From Eledone cirrhosa (lineage: Eukaryota), in assembly GCA_964016885.1 (NCBI GenBank), contig OZ024740.1, forward strand, positions 398,846,001-398,910,000: DNA of 64,000 nucleotides. The letters are read 5' to 3'. The notes beneath the pieces were generated by a model. The model was not told the DNA's origin, searched no databases, and worked only from the letters and a program-made list of their open reading frames with translations. Numbering within the stretch: the stretch's first letter is position 1; every line of letters begins with the position of its first letter. Made by a program: the position numbers and the translations under genes. Positions 26,340 through 38,737 of this stretch are shown here, in pieces.

Positions 26340-28474
26340 ATGTAGTATTGTTACATAACTGAATATTAGGTCTTTGGACTTGTTTTCTACAATGTTCCTG
26401 CTAATGTTTATTCCTCTCAGACCTTCTTCAACTGCACTTGGGTAGGTTTTTAATGCTATAATTAGAAAGTATTGGAAAATGTCTCACCCAGCAAATCTTC
26501 ACAACTATTAACTTGGTGTAAATGAAAAATGATCACCACACATGTCATGATTGTTATAAAATACCGAAGTTACAATCTAGTGTTTATAAATGCTAAGTCC
26601 ATCAACTATAATCCATGAATGATGATGATCATTATTATTAGTTAACATCCACTTTCCTTGATAGCAAGGATTTGACCGCATCAATATTAAAAAAAGCAGT
26701 TATTTTGAACAGTCCAAATCTTGTAAACATTTTTATATATGTTATTTCCCTCTGCAAACCCATATACTCAAATAGGACACCAAAATGTTTACTCCCTTGT
26801 ATTTGAAACAGATTTGTAATTAATCATCATCATATAAGAATAGAAATAAAACACAATAAAAAGAGTAGCATAGTGAATATAAGAAACATCTTAACCCTGT
26901 AATTACAATATTTTAAACTAAAATACATGCTATGTGTGTTTCAGTTAAATTCTAAAATAACCAAGAGCCAAGACTGGTTTTGTAAAACAAGTATAACATA
27001 ATTGATATATGAATGTGGTTTTTTGAGGGGAAACAAATTTACGAAAGTGTCTTAAATCTATAACAATTTTTGTCTCAAAACTACTTTAATTGGCAAATTC
27101 AGTAAAATGTAAAACTATTTAAATTTTGTTTAAATGTCAATATAAAATTAATTATTATCTCATATTTAGCTGGGTATACAGCAGAATTATAATAGAAAAG
27201 AATTGTGTACATGATTGGATTTTCAGTTGAACTTGAGTACTTAAAAAGCACTTGGACCATTATTGTTGCTTTTATGGCCACCTTTTCCATGCTTGTATGC
27301 ATTGGATAAGACTTCTTTGAGGCAGGTTTTCTATGGCTGGATGCCCTTCCTAATGGCAACCTATACCATATTTTAAGTATGGTAAATATCACTAATGTTC
27401 ATAGAATCACTATGCAGCAGAACAAATTGTTATAAATGATATCGATATGATTAAATATTTTTGTTGTTTCACTGGTCTGTCCACTGAGAGGGCTGTTCCT
27501 TTCTGGTGTTGGCATTCTCAGTACTTTTTTTAGTGACCGTCAATTTTGTTTTCCTTCATCTAGATCTGCCTTTCTCACAATAGTTATTTTTTTTATAACC
27601 ACCTCCATTCAACTGTGTTGCAATAGCTGCTCAGAATTGCTGATGATTACATCACTTTTGAGTCACCTCTAAAACAACTTTAAAATAAGCAGCTTTGTAT
27701 CATAGAACAAGCTGCAGTTTCAAACAGTTAGGTATTAAATACTTTGTGCAAGCATACAAAACATGAGCATTACAGTACCACAGACCAGATAGATCCAGTG
27801 TTAAAATGTTAACCAGATATGTTTACATTACAATAATAGTAGCCATATAAATACAACAGTTTTGACAGTACCTGTCATAAACCCTGACATCATATTTGTT
27901 ATTCTTTTTCCATGCCTCCTGTTCTCTCTCACCAAGCATATCTGTTTTAAAACAAGGTACACTCCATCTCCATATTTTAAAGAAGGCCTTTCAGTTAGTG
28001 ACTGACAACCTCCCTAGTGTTTATGCCATATGATGCACTCAGTACTTTGTAAAATGGTTAGTATCAGGAAGAGTATCCAGTTGTAGAAATCATGTCAAAA
28101 GAGTTGAATTATTCAGTCACATCAGACATAGCAATCTCTCCAGTGTTGGTGCCACAAAAAATGGATCCAGTACACTCTGTATAATATCCAGCCATAGATA
28201 ACATGCTAAACAAAGAGTTCAGAGGACAACCTCCCTGGTACCAAAGCCATGATGAAATGCACCCAGAACACATTTCTAAGGGGTTGGTGATATAAAGGGC
28301 ATCCAACCACAGACACCATGCCAAAACTGGAATGTAAGCAAGCAAAATATTGATCACCTGCCTGTTTGTGAAAGGACAGTGACTCTGATTAAATATTGAC
28401 TTAACCCATGTCCAACCCATGCCAGCAAGGAAAGAATGGTTGCTAAATGATGGTACCACTAATTAACTTTTGTT

Positions 28475-29012
28475 AGCCGCTCTCCAGCCATCTATTTAAA
28501 GCTGTATACAGCTATGGGACGACCACACTTGGAATTCGCATCATCAGTCTGGAACCCCTATCTTGCTCAGAACATTGACCTCCTGGAAACTGTTCAAAGA
28601 CGTGCAACCAAGCGCATACCCTCCATCAGACACCTACCATACTCTGAACGCCTTGCTTCCCTGGGCATGGATTCATTGAAGCTCCGACGTCTGGCAATGG
28701 ATTCATTGAACAGCACAGCTCCCATGACTTTCGGAAACATTTTTTCACGCTCAGAGTTGCTGAAGCATGGAACAAACTGCCTGCGTCAGTTGTTAGCTGC
28801 CAAGACACTGCATCCTTTAAAACCCTCATGCTTGCCGAAATTCGCCAAAACTACACCTGATGTACCCCTTCCATACACATGTGTATATCATGACTCGTGC
28901 ACTGTTCATTTTCCTGACGTTTGTACATTTCCCTATGTACTATACATACACTTTTTGATGAGTTGTAGTGCACCTGAGCACTGTACACAATATTTCATTA
29001 TTATTATTATTA
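28475..29012 (+). mobile_element. CR1/L2-type LINE 3' fragment with (ATT)n tail
   Basis: RPHLEFASSVWNPYLAQNIDLLETVQRRATKRIP motif. Homologous to 38471-38737(-) and 56915-57410(-). Confidence 0.88.
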
Positions 29013-29614
29013 AATGATGATGATTATTCTATCAATAAGTTATAGTGAAGGGGTAGGTTGGCCAAAGTTTCTGCAGGATCCAACTTGCTTTATTTCCATG
29101 GGATCAATAAATATTAGTGTTATTTATTTGCTGATACAATCGACAATTGATCATGAAAAATCAATATCTTATTATAGAAATATTACATTGCTTCTAAATT
29201 TACCAGAAATAAAGTTTAGTTTTCTATTATTAATGAATCAGTTTATTGATGTTCACAGAACTGTGTACATGCATAGGAACTCAACATTTTAATTTAAGAA
29301 AGATAATGTAGTGACCCATTTAGCAAAGCTGAACTATTGTATTATTAAATCAAATGATAATTTAGTTATTTATTCAATTCAGCTATATATTAATAAAAGC
29401 TTTTTGGCATATAGCTAAAGTTATATTTCCTCAATCATTATAAAATGTGTATGCATCATTGATCTGTTTTTATTGCTTTTCTTCAATTTCTTATAAGGAA
29501 AGTCATTTAAGGTTTCTTTGTTATGGATATATCATACAAGTATAATTTTAAATATTTTTGTCAAAGGTTTTAATCCCACTTATACAAGTGTTCTTATTCT
29601 TTATACAATATCAT

Positions 29615-29762
29615 CTATGTCAGTTATGGGCCACATGCAGCCCATGGGCTGCATGTGGCCCATTTGGCTTGTTGAATGGCTCACCTGAGTTTTTTAGTAG
29701 TGCGACCCACCTTATGAACAGCCACATTCCATGTGACCCACTGCTTGAAAATGATTACTCAT
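29615..29762. mobile_element. hAT/Charlie-like remnant containing a perfect 38-bp palindrome
   Basis: The GGCC..GCAGCCC..GGGCTGC..GGCCC motif resembles hAT subterminal repeats; GC-rich patch in an AT-rich intron. Confidence 0.4.
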
Positions 29763-29906
29763 GTCTGATCTATATAATGCTCCTCTGAACTGGAAAGTTT
29801 ATTTTTTTTGTTTGCTTTAACCATTACAGTTAAAGCCATGTTGGAACACCGCCTTTGACAAAAATAAATGATACTTTGTTTTTATATATATTTTTTTTGC
29901 TTTCAG

Positions 29907-30482
29907 ATTGTGAGAAGAGATGACTCAACTCGCTGGATTCCCTATGAACAGATTGTTCAGCAAGGAAAAATTTTGGAAAATGAATGTTCTGGAAATATTG
30001 ATCTTCTTGGAGGGCTGCCTATTTTTGAAAAAACTGATAACCAGTCTGAAAACAAAGATGGGAAAGAGAAGAATACTGATGGCGATGGTTTGAACAAATT
30101 TGCTGTCAAGTACATGGAACAGTTAATGAATGAGTGTGTGGAAAAGGAGACTCTAGATGATCTCATCTTTGGTCCTGGCATCACTTCTCTTGAAAGGAAG
30201 TTAGTCACAAATATTGCATTCAATTTACATCTGAAAATGGATGTTAGGCAACATGAAGGCAAAAATTACTTGTGCATTTCTAAAAAACTCTCTCCAGAAG
30301 AAATAAGTTATTTTCTTAAAGTGCACAATACTGGCCATGGTAAATATGTATTGGTGCCTAAAGTGGAATTACCTGGTTCAATGGAAACCTCTTTCAGCGA
30401 CAATTCGTCCTCAACCAAAACCTCAGAAATATCTAATTTGCAAGGAAAGAAAGATTTTACTATGGATGTCAGTGTGAATTAG
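29907..30482 (+). CDS. NKRF: NKRF-like protein, last coding exon (degenerate R3H domain)
   Basis: ttttgctttcag| acceptor in phase 0. LNKFAVKYMEQLM...DLIFGPGITSLERKLVTNIAFNLHLK...YLCISKK...GKYVLVP matches the layout of the NKRF R3H C-terminus. TAG at 30480-30482. Spliced CDS is 976+1606+124+576 = 3282 nt (1093 aa). Confidence 0.92.
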   Translation: MVRRDDSTRWIPYEQIVQQGKILENECSGNIDLLGGLPIFEKTDNQSENKDGKEKNTDGDGLNKFAVKYMEQLMNECVEKETLDDLIFGPGITSLERKLVTNIAFNLHLKMDVRQHEGKNYLCISKKLSPEEISYFLKVHNTGHGKYVLVPKVELPGSMETSFSDNSSSTKTSEISNLQGKKDFTMDVSVN

Positions 30483-31961
30483 TGTATTTAGTTTTTGGCT
30501 CTATTCACCAACCTGCTACTTCACTCTCAGTATATAACTATCTGCCATTAAGTCATCATTTTTACCCACCACTTTGCTATTCATATTTCCACTTCCAAAA
30601 AACAAAAAAAAAACATGAATGGAAAAATTCAAAAGATTTTATATAAAAATATATATTATATACCTTATACTTAACTTACTTTGTATAGTCTCAATAAGGC
30701 TTTGCAATTAGTTTTAAACTCGAATTCACTAACTATTCCACTATATTCCCTCTCCCTTTCCTACTTTTTGAAAAGCAATCTGAGGTTGCTTTTTATTTGA
30801 TGAAAGAAAAGATGTTACTCTTTTTTTTCTTGCAACCCTATTGTCTGAAAGTTTATTTGAATATTTTGCTACTGGGTTACTATTACAGAACTACTCGGGG
30901 ATGTTTTAAAATGTTCTTCAACCATATCATTTGTGCAAACAGTCTCTCTCTCTTTCTCATATATGTATGATAATTGTGAATGAAAGACTGTACTATACAG
31001 ATGGTTGATTTAATATTGTCTGTTCATTTGATGGACTTATTAATCAAATGGAAAATGAGTGATGGATTGCTTATGTTGCTTTTCTGGTGGCATCACCTTA
31101 CACATCACAAATATTTGGTTGTTAAGAGTTGCCAATTTTATGCTTCTTTATATATTTTACTGGAAAACTTTACATACAATTTTTTATTTGACAGCCTATT
31201 CAATTTTTTTTTCTTCTTTTCCTGTGTTTTGCCATGCTTTACTTTACACAAAATTCATTTCCCTAAAATACAATAGACAAGACGTTTTGTTGATTGTATT
31301 TCCATTCCAGATTCAATATTTTACCCATCAATTCGACATTATCTTCAATTTTCAGTTGGCTATATATTTCTCTAGTTTCTTTGTTCTTTTTCATGTTTTG
31401 AATTATTCCTTTTATATTATGCTTCCAGGATCTTTCAGAAAGAAATAGTTCATGTTTATTTGCTACTTCTCTTGTCACATTTTGAACTGACCACTGCTAA
31501 TATAAAGATTACAAAGTTTATTAATGTGATAAGTGGTTAGAGGTTTATGTTTTTTCAGTTAACTTCAGCTACACACTTTTGGTACATGTTTGGAATATGT
31601 GCCCTTATTCTCATTTATTCTCTTACAATAATTTCTGTTTTAATGTTTCTGTTCTGTAAGATAGTTGTTTTTCAGAGTAAAGAACTAGTGATATAGTTGA
31701 ATATTCACTCTATAATTCTAACTAAAATTAGTCACTGAATGATTTTACCCTATGATACTGCTTAGTGTTGACAGCTAATAGTATCCTTGATAAACAAACA
31801 TTTGTTATTTCTGTATAAAAAAAAAAAATAATAAAGATGCTGGACAATTTTTGTTAGCAATTCCAGTTTGTGAAATTATTAACAAAATCTAGTTTTATTT
31901 TATTATTATATTATAAAGCCTGTCTGACAAAATTGATTAGGAAAAACTGCTTAAATGTTTG

Positions 31962-31996
<35 letters not shown>

Positions 31997-33100
31997 CATT
32001 TAAAGCAGTCTCTACTAATTTTTTTTTTACTAAAGGCTAAACCTTTTCGAAAAGCCGACATCTGGATACAATTTCTGTTAGAAAAACTACTTTTCTAGGA
32101 TGTACAATTAAAGCAATTTTTATTTTTTAGATGTATGTATCTGGGTACTGACACATAAAATGTGAGTTACTTGTACAATTGGCTTCACATGTTGGTATTT
32201 AAAGATTTTTTAATACTCTTGTCCATCCCATGCAAGCATGGAAAAATGGATGTAAAAATGATGACTAGTTTGTTCTTTATGTATTTGGTAGACTTATCCT
32301 TAGACTTTTGGAGATGATTTACTATAGCAAGTTGATCACAGATGTCAGGTGACACCCTTTGTGCTACCATCTTAACTTTTTCGGAGTGTTTTTACCCATA
32401 AAAAAAAACACTGTAGTGCAAGGGGCATGTATTTAATCATATTTTAATTTTAATATGTCTGTTTTTTTTCTATCAGTTAACTGATTAAAATATCTTAGTT
32501 AAATTATGAGTGAAATTCTTGTTCCTTTCAGATACAATATGTTAAAAATTAGCCCTTTACATAATAGACATTATTAATTTTGAGTATGATTTGTTTGTGG
32601 TGAAGTTACCTTGGATTTTTTCCAGAATGAAGCATAAATTGGCTACTCCACTAATAAAGAAAATCATAGCATTTAATATACTTCTCCCATTCCTTCTCAT
32701 TTCCTCTAATAATTTGAAATTAATTTTTTACACTCGCGTAAAAAATAATCTCAAAACATAATCTATTACTAGTCCAGTTGTTCAACATTTTGTTAATTTT
32801 GTTTTCTCTTTAATGTAAACCTCTTCCTACACTCACTTAATAATTTCCATGATGACTGGGGTTGGTTGAGGACTACCTCTAGTGCAACCGCATTATGGTT
32901 GCTATTAGTAACATTTTGTATAAAGATTTAAAGGACAACAGAAAATTTGTGCTGTTAAAAACATTGAAAGTTTTTTTTATTGTATTGACTTTATTTCAAA
33001 CATTGTCAAAGACACAGTCCTTTCCTGAACAGTAAATTGGAAAGAAATTTAATCCTTGTGAAATGATTGAATAAATTTTTTTGTAGAATACACCAAATCA
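30483..33100 (+). other. Probable long 3' UTR of the NKRF-like gene
   Basis: AT-rich and almost free of transposons; AATAAA at 31830-31835 and 33070-33075. The end point is uncertain. Confidence 0.4.
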
Positions 33101-33732
33101 ATGTAGTATTCTACTTGATGACATTGTGATTATATGATATATTTCTTTGGTAATGCTTCTTACTTTGCTTGCAGATATTCACTCTTGATTTCAATTGTAT
33201 GTCTTGATTGTGAATCTCTGTAATATCTTTAGCAAAGATTTGGCCCTGAAGAAACCAGCTTAGTTACTTGTTTAATTTAGGTAATTAAATGATTTTTTTT
33301 TTTCTTTTACTTATTAATGATCTTAGTTAAGCATTATGGTTAACTGTAGTCACTGGTGTCTTATATATTAGAAAAAATCTGTTTGGTGTTTTGATTTTAA
33401 AAAAAGGAAGAAAACAATCAAAAAATATCCAAGTAAACTTGAAAATAGAAGCATTTTTTGCCAATATTTTGCAGACTGGCAAATTCAATTCTGATGGGTT
33501 CTTTTTTTTTTTTTTTTTTAAAAATAATAAAATATTTGGAAATTATCAGCACTGACTTGGTTTCATGATTTCTAATATCAAGTAACATCGTATTTATGCT
33601 GAGTAAATAAGGTTTCTGTTTATGGTAAATTTTGAGTTAGTCCTTTAAAAATTGTTTTATTTAGAGGAAGAGTAGTACTCATTTGTTTTGACAGAAATTT
33701 CGGGACTGGTAATGGACTAGGAGGAAAGCATA

Positions 33733-33768
<36 letters not shown>

Positions 33769-34439
33769 TAAGATCAGACCTTCGAATGCTTACAACTGAG
33801 TAGACACACAAAAGGCCAGATAGTTGTATTTCTAGTCCATCTATAGTGTCAATCAGAAGACTTGGCTAGGCTTGAGTTAATTCTAGAAGACGCCATGCAA
33901 TGAGATGAATTATTGCAAAGTGAACTCTTAATCTGCATGGCTAGAAATTGGTCATCACGCATGCAATGTGTATGGCATATCATTGGGGTTGTGTAACGAT
34001 GTTTTATAAGTAGGGTTGCTGCAGCTTGTTTCTTCTTTGTCTTAAAATTTGTTTGTTGATTATTTATTTATCAAAGAAGGCATGGTAATGGCTATGATTG
34101 TTTACTCTAAAGTTTAGAGAGAGCAATATGGAAACGAAGGGGTGTAGCATGTATAAGAGATGTGAGATGTATCTAGTGTTTAAGAAGGTATTTTTATGTC
34201 TTTATTTGCATATTTTAATTGTATTTACCGAAAGATAGGCGTTCATGAATCTTGCACTATAAGAAAAGAATAAATGGTGATAGTATTTAGGGAGGCAATA
34301 GTGGTGTACAATTCGGAAATGGTTGTTGAGCCACTCTTAGCTAATAAATACAGATTAGCTGTATATTTTTTTTAATATCCAAATAACTTGCTTAAAAATA
34401 AACTTGGTGCCATTAATATTTTTTTGTAGACTTAAGACA

Positions 34440-34650
34440 GTGGATTGGCAGAATCGGCAGACCACCGGACAAAATGCTTCGCAGCATAGTTATAGCCCTT
34501 TACGATCTGAGTTCAAATCCTGCCGAGGTTAGCTTTGTCTTTCATCCTTACGGGATCGATAAAATAAAGTACCGGTAATGCACTGGGGTCGATTTAATCA
34601 ACTTCCTCCTGCCCCAAAATTATTGGCCTTGTGCCTAAATCAGAAACATT
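34440..34650 (+). mobile_element. SINE S1 (long-tail variant)
   Basis: A/B boxes and core as in 18180-18365, plus a GGGGTCGATTTAATC..CTTCCTCC segment. Confidence 0.88.
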
Positions 34651-34914
34651 TTTTGTCGACTTGCTACAGGGGAAATAATTCCCGTAAAATAGCGTTTTTT
34701 CTGCACGACACTAATTTCTTATGGTTTTCTAAAGCTTAAGTTTTACATTTGTAGTGTTTTAAATTATTGACTTTACGAATCTGAAATCTATGCAGTTCTA
34801 ACAATTTCGAGAGAGACGAGACCTCAGCAGCTTCAGACCAAACTCAATAAAGCAAACATCAAAGCGTTCCTACCACGACCAACCTCTCTTTTTCCGAAAA
34901 CCGCATTTAATGAC

Positions 34915-35160
34915 CTTTTTGAAATGATGGTGATATTTTGCTGCCATTTTTAGCAGGTCGAGTGACCACATGGAAGTTTCCTCTTAACGTTAACATCTTC
35001 CCTAAACTAACAACGGAGTCTATACTATCACTCGACTTGCTAGAAATAGCAGCCGAATCCCCTTATCCAAAGGAAGGACATTCGATATTGCAGTTCTGGA
35101 TAATCTGCTTTTGGATAAAAGATGGAATTGTCGTTGGCTGGTCTGGTGTTAAACAATGGA
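34915..35160 (+). mobile_element. Dispersed repeat, family S3 (probable SINE/LINE 3' part)
   Basis: CACTCGACTTGCTAGAAATAGCAGCC...TAAACAA. Related pieces at ~40170-40465, 49700-49815, 56680-56882, 58090-58180(-), 58680-58830(-) and 59290-59340(-). Confidence 0.55.
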
Positions 35161-35329
35161 AAAAGCTTGTATAATCTTCAAGAAATATATTGGTGTGTTT
35201 TAAAATAAATTATTTTAGAAAACTTCCCACTGTTCCTCTATATTGTACGACTCTAATTGCTCTTCCGTACTGTCAAAAGCCTCAAGTAATATGCTTTTAA
35301 AACTTTTCCAATTGCATATCTGATTAGGG

Positions 35330-35505
35330 TGGTGGCTTGGCAGTATCGGTAGAGTTGGATGCCATGCTATGCAGTGTAGTTACGGTCTGAGTTCAAATTC
35401 CGCCGAGGTTAACTTTGCCTGTCGTCCTTATGGGGTCGATAAAATAAAGTACCAGTAATGCACTGGGATAATTGCTGGCCTTGTGCCAAAAGTAGAAACA
35501 ATTAT
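35330..35505 (+). mobile_element. SINE S1
   Basis: Homologous to 18180-18365. Confidence 0.88.
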
Positions 35506-36383
35506 TAACTGTATATCTCATCATCCATATTCTGTAATAAGTTTTAATCAGTATATTCTCCAGATATCTCAATCCTATACGTAGAATTATGACTTTATTT
35601 GAACTCAGAATTTTCATTCCTAAAACTTAGTTTGAACGGTTTTATCCACATTTTCTTAGTCTTTATCAGTTTTTCTTCCTTTTTTATTTACTGTTTAGTT
35701 GTTAAGCAGGACAGTGCCCTTGATTGCTTTTCAGTACCTCCAAGAGGGGGAAGAAGATGTCCTCAAATAGGAGATCGGATCCAAATGCTTGAATAGAGTG
35801 GGCTCGATTAAACCCACTCGTGTTAACTGGGGCAGCAGATTAAGTCTACTGGTCCACAGAGCCGGAATATATACAGCAGGTCATCTCACCCAATGCGCCA
35901 ACAATTTCGCCAATCCATTGGTTGGTACTTCATTTTATCAACCCCAAAAGGGTGAGTGGCAAAGTCGCCCTTAGCGAGAAATAAACTATTTCTGTTTTAA
36001 ACACTATTCTGCATGTGTAAAAAAAACTTCAAATAATTTCATACCCCTCCATTTTCTTTTTTGTTTTTTTTTTGTTTTTTTTTTGAAGCACAGAAACTGC
36101 CTCGTGACTTTTTAAAAGACAATTTCCTAAAATCGTTCGATTTTTACGTTTTAAACGGAAAGGATTCAGAGAGAGAGAGACACCTTTTTACAGGCTTTTT
36201 GTCCTAATTTCCTATCCAACATACGGTTATTTTGAAATCTATAAAATTGCTGAAAGTTTCTAGAAAATCATAAAACACTTCTTTTCAAGTTTTTTTTTTT
36301 TCTGAAGTGTATAATTCTTGATGTTGTTAAGCCAATATAAGTAATACTGAAGGTGCAGTCTTAGACTTAGGAAAGAACATCTT

Positions 36384-36610
36384 TGGTTGGCAGTATCGGT
36401 AGAGCGTCAGACAACATGCTTTGCAACACAGTTACGGTCCTTTACCCTCATCATCGTTTAACGCTGAGTTCAAATCCCACCGGGGGTTAGCTTTGCCTTT
36501 CATCCTTACGGGTTCGATAAAATAAAGTACCAGTCACGCACTGGGGTCGATTTAATCGACTTTTCCTCCCCCCCTAAATTGCTGATCTTGTGCCTAAATC
36601 AGAAACCAAT
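36384..36610 (+). mobile_element. SINE S1 (long-tail variant)
   Basis: Homologous to 34440-34650, with a short insert TCATCATCGTTTAACG that matches the reverse complement of the RTE tail. Confidence 0.85.
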
Positions 36611-36627
36611 ATTTGTTATACGCCAAA

Positions 36628-36816
36628 GGCGGTGGATTGGCAGTATCGGTAGAAGGTCGGACGCCATGCTTTCCAGCATAGTTACGTCCCTTAACGATCT
36701 GAGTTCAAATCCCGCCGAGGTTGACTTTGCCTTTCATCCTTACGGGGTCGATAAAATAAAGTACCAGTAATACACAGGGTATTTGCTGGCCTTGTGCCAA
36801 AAGTAGAAACAATTAT
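36628..36816 (+). mobile_element. SINE S1, full length
   Basis: Nearly identical to 18180-18365. Confidence 0.9.
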
Positions 36817-36864
36817 TTGTTATACACGTAACCTCTTCCACCATGAAAGATGTTATCGATTATT

Positions 36865-37495
36865 GGCGATATCCAATGTTAGTGGACTAAATGCTGCTTA
36901 CTTCAATGTATGAGGCTATTCCAACAAATTTACATTCCCTTTTTTTTAGCCGTTAAAAGAAATATAGATTTATTTATTGTTTTTTTTTTTTTTTTTTTTT
37001 TTTTTGCTTTTATTTGCCACTGGGGCATAGATTTTTTTTTATTTGCCACGTTTTTGTTTGTTTGCGATTTATTTGCCACTAGAGCATTAGGCGGGTAGCG
37101 AAAGTAGCAATAATGGCCCGTGTAAGTGGGCCATCTCCCTATATCGGCTTGTACAGGTAAGAGAAGGGAGCACCCCCCTCTCTCTGTGCTCCCTGGCAGA
37201 AAGGTCGCACACTTTCTACGGGGGTGTGTGTGACCCCAAAAGGCTGCCTCTCTATTGAGGACTTAATTTTTTATATAATAAATCGCAAAAAAACAAACAA
37301 ACAAAAACGTGGCAAATAAAGAAATCTATGCCCCAGTGGCAAATAAATCGCAAAAAAAAAACAATAAATAAATCTATATTTCTTTTAACAGCTAAAAAAA
37401 GGGAATGTAAATTTGTTGGAATACCCTCATACATTGAAGTAAGCAGCAACTGCAGCACGTAAGCAGCATTTAGTCCACTAAAATTGGATATCGCC
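36865..37495. mobile_element. Non-autonomous DNA transposon with long TIRs and an 8-bp TSD (Merlin-like)
   Basis: CGATTATT duplicated at 36857-36864 and 37496-37503; termini GGCGATATCCAAT / ATTGGATATCGCC; inverted arms of ~210 bp. Confidence 0.85.
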
Positions 37496-37560
37496 CGATT
37501 ATTTTTATATCAAGGAGTAAACAAACTTAATTACGGAGCAAAATCGAAGACATTATCTAT

Positions 37561-37733
37561 GGTGGATTGGCAGTATCGGTAGAAGGTCGGCCGCCATGCT
37601 TTGCAACATAGTTACGACCCTTTACAGTCTGAGTTCAATTCTTGCCGAGGTCAACTTTGCCTTTCATCCTTACGGTGTCGATAAAATAAAATACCGGTAA
37701 TTGCTGGCCTTGTGCCAAAAGTAGAAATAATTA
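37561..37733 (+). mobile_element. SINE S1
   Basis: Homologous to 18180-18365. Confidence 0.88.
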
Positions 37734-38283
37734 TCTATAACATTATAATTCAGCCACAGCTATGTGGGTAAAGTTGTAACAAATCTTAATTATACTGCAC
37801 TGCATCCTGATTTTGATACCAGAGAAAAGTGCAAAGGCCTCAACTTGAATCTTTAGTACGAGTTAACGAATTACAGTAGGTGACCAATTGAACTATGGAT
37901 TCTGAAAAGTGTTACTTAATTTTTAATATTTATCAGTATATTTATAATAGATTATGTCTTCGATCATGTTCACAGTTAACGTGTTACATACGTGGACCGT
38001 AGTTGAGGAATGGACATTGTGATCGAGCGTGCACAATGACCAATTGGGGTGTCAGAATCTTACTTCTAGTCAGACTAAGCCCAACTCTCTTGAACTAAAA
38101 CAGACCGCCAGCTATAAGCAAATTGTCCTTGTGAGTGTAAAGGATAAGCAGAAGATTAAGAGGAATAACTCTGGCAGAAATGAAACCCGACAATTCCTGC
38201 ACCCAGTTTCACCTACAGACGTCTTGTTATTGGAATTAGGTGAGTCAGGACGAAAAAGGATGGATGAGACTGTTACGTAGGAA

Positions 38284-38470
38284 TAATAATAATTGTTTCT
38301 ACTTTTGGCACAAGGCCAGCAATTACCCAGTGAATTACTGGTACTTTATTTTATCGACCCCCGTAAGGATGAAAGGCAAAGTTAACCTCGGCGGGATTTG
38401 AACTCAGAATGGCAAGGGCCGTAACTCTGTGTCAAAGCAGGGCGTCAGACCCTCTACCGATACTGCCAAT
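38284..38470 (-). mobile_element. SINE S1
   Basis: Reverse complement of the S1 consensus. Confidence 0.88.
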
Positions 38471-38737
38471 AATAATAATGAAATTATTGTGTAAAGTGCT
38501 CAGGTGCACTACAACTCGTCAAAGGTGCATATATAGTACATAGAATAATATACAAATGTCAGGTAAGTGAATAGTGTATGAGTCATGATATACATATGTG
38601 TATGGAGGGTGAACATTAGGTGTAGTGTTGGCGAATCTCGGGAAGCATGGAGGTTTTAAAGGATGCAGTGTTTCGACAGCTAACAACTGATGCAGGTAGT
38701 TTGTTCCATGCTTCAGCAACTCTGAGCGTGAAAAGAT
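38471..38737 (-). mobile_element. CR1/L2-type LINE 3' end
   Basis: Reverse complement of 28740-29012. Confidence 0.85.

Noticed and set aside
30980-31478. Hydrophobic ORFs after the stop codon
   Set aside because: T-rich 3' UTR composition explains them; no splice or domain support.
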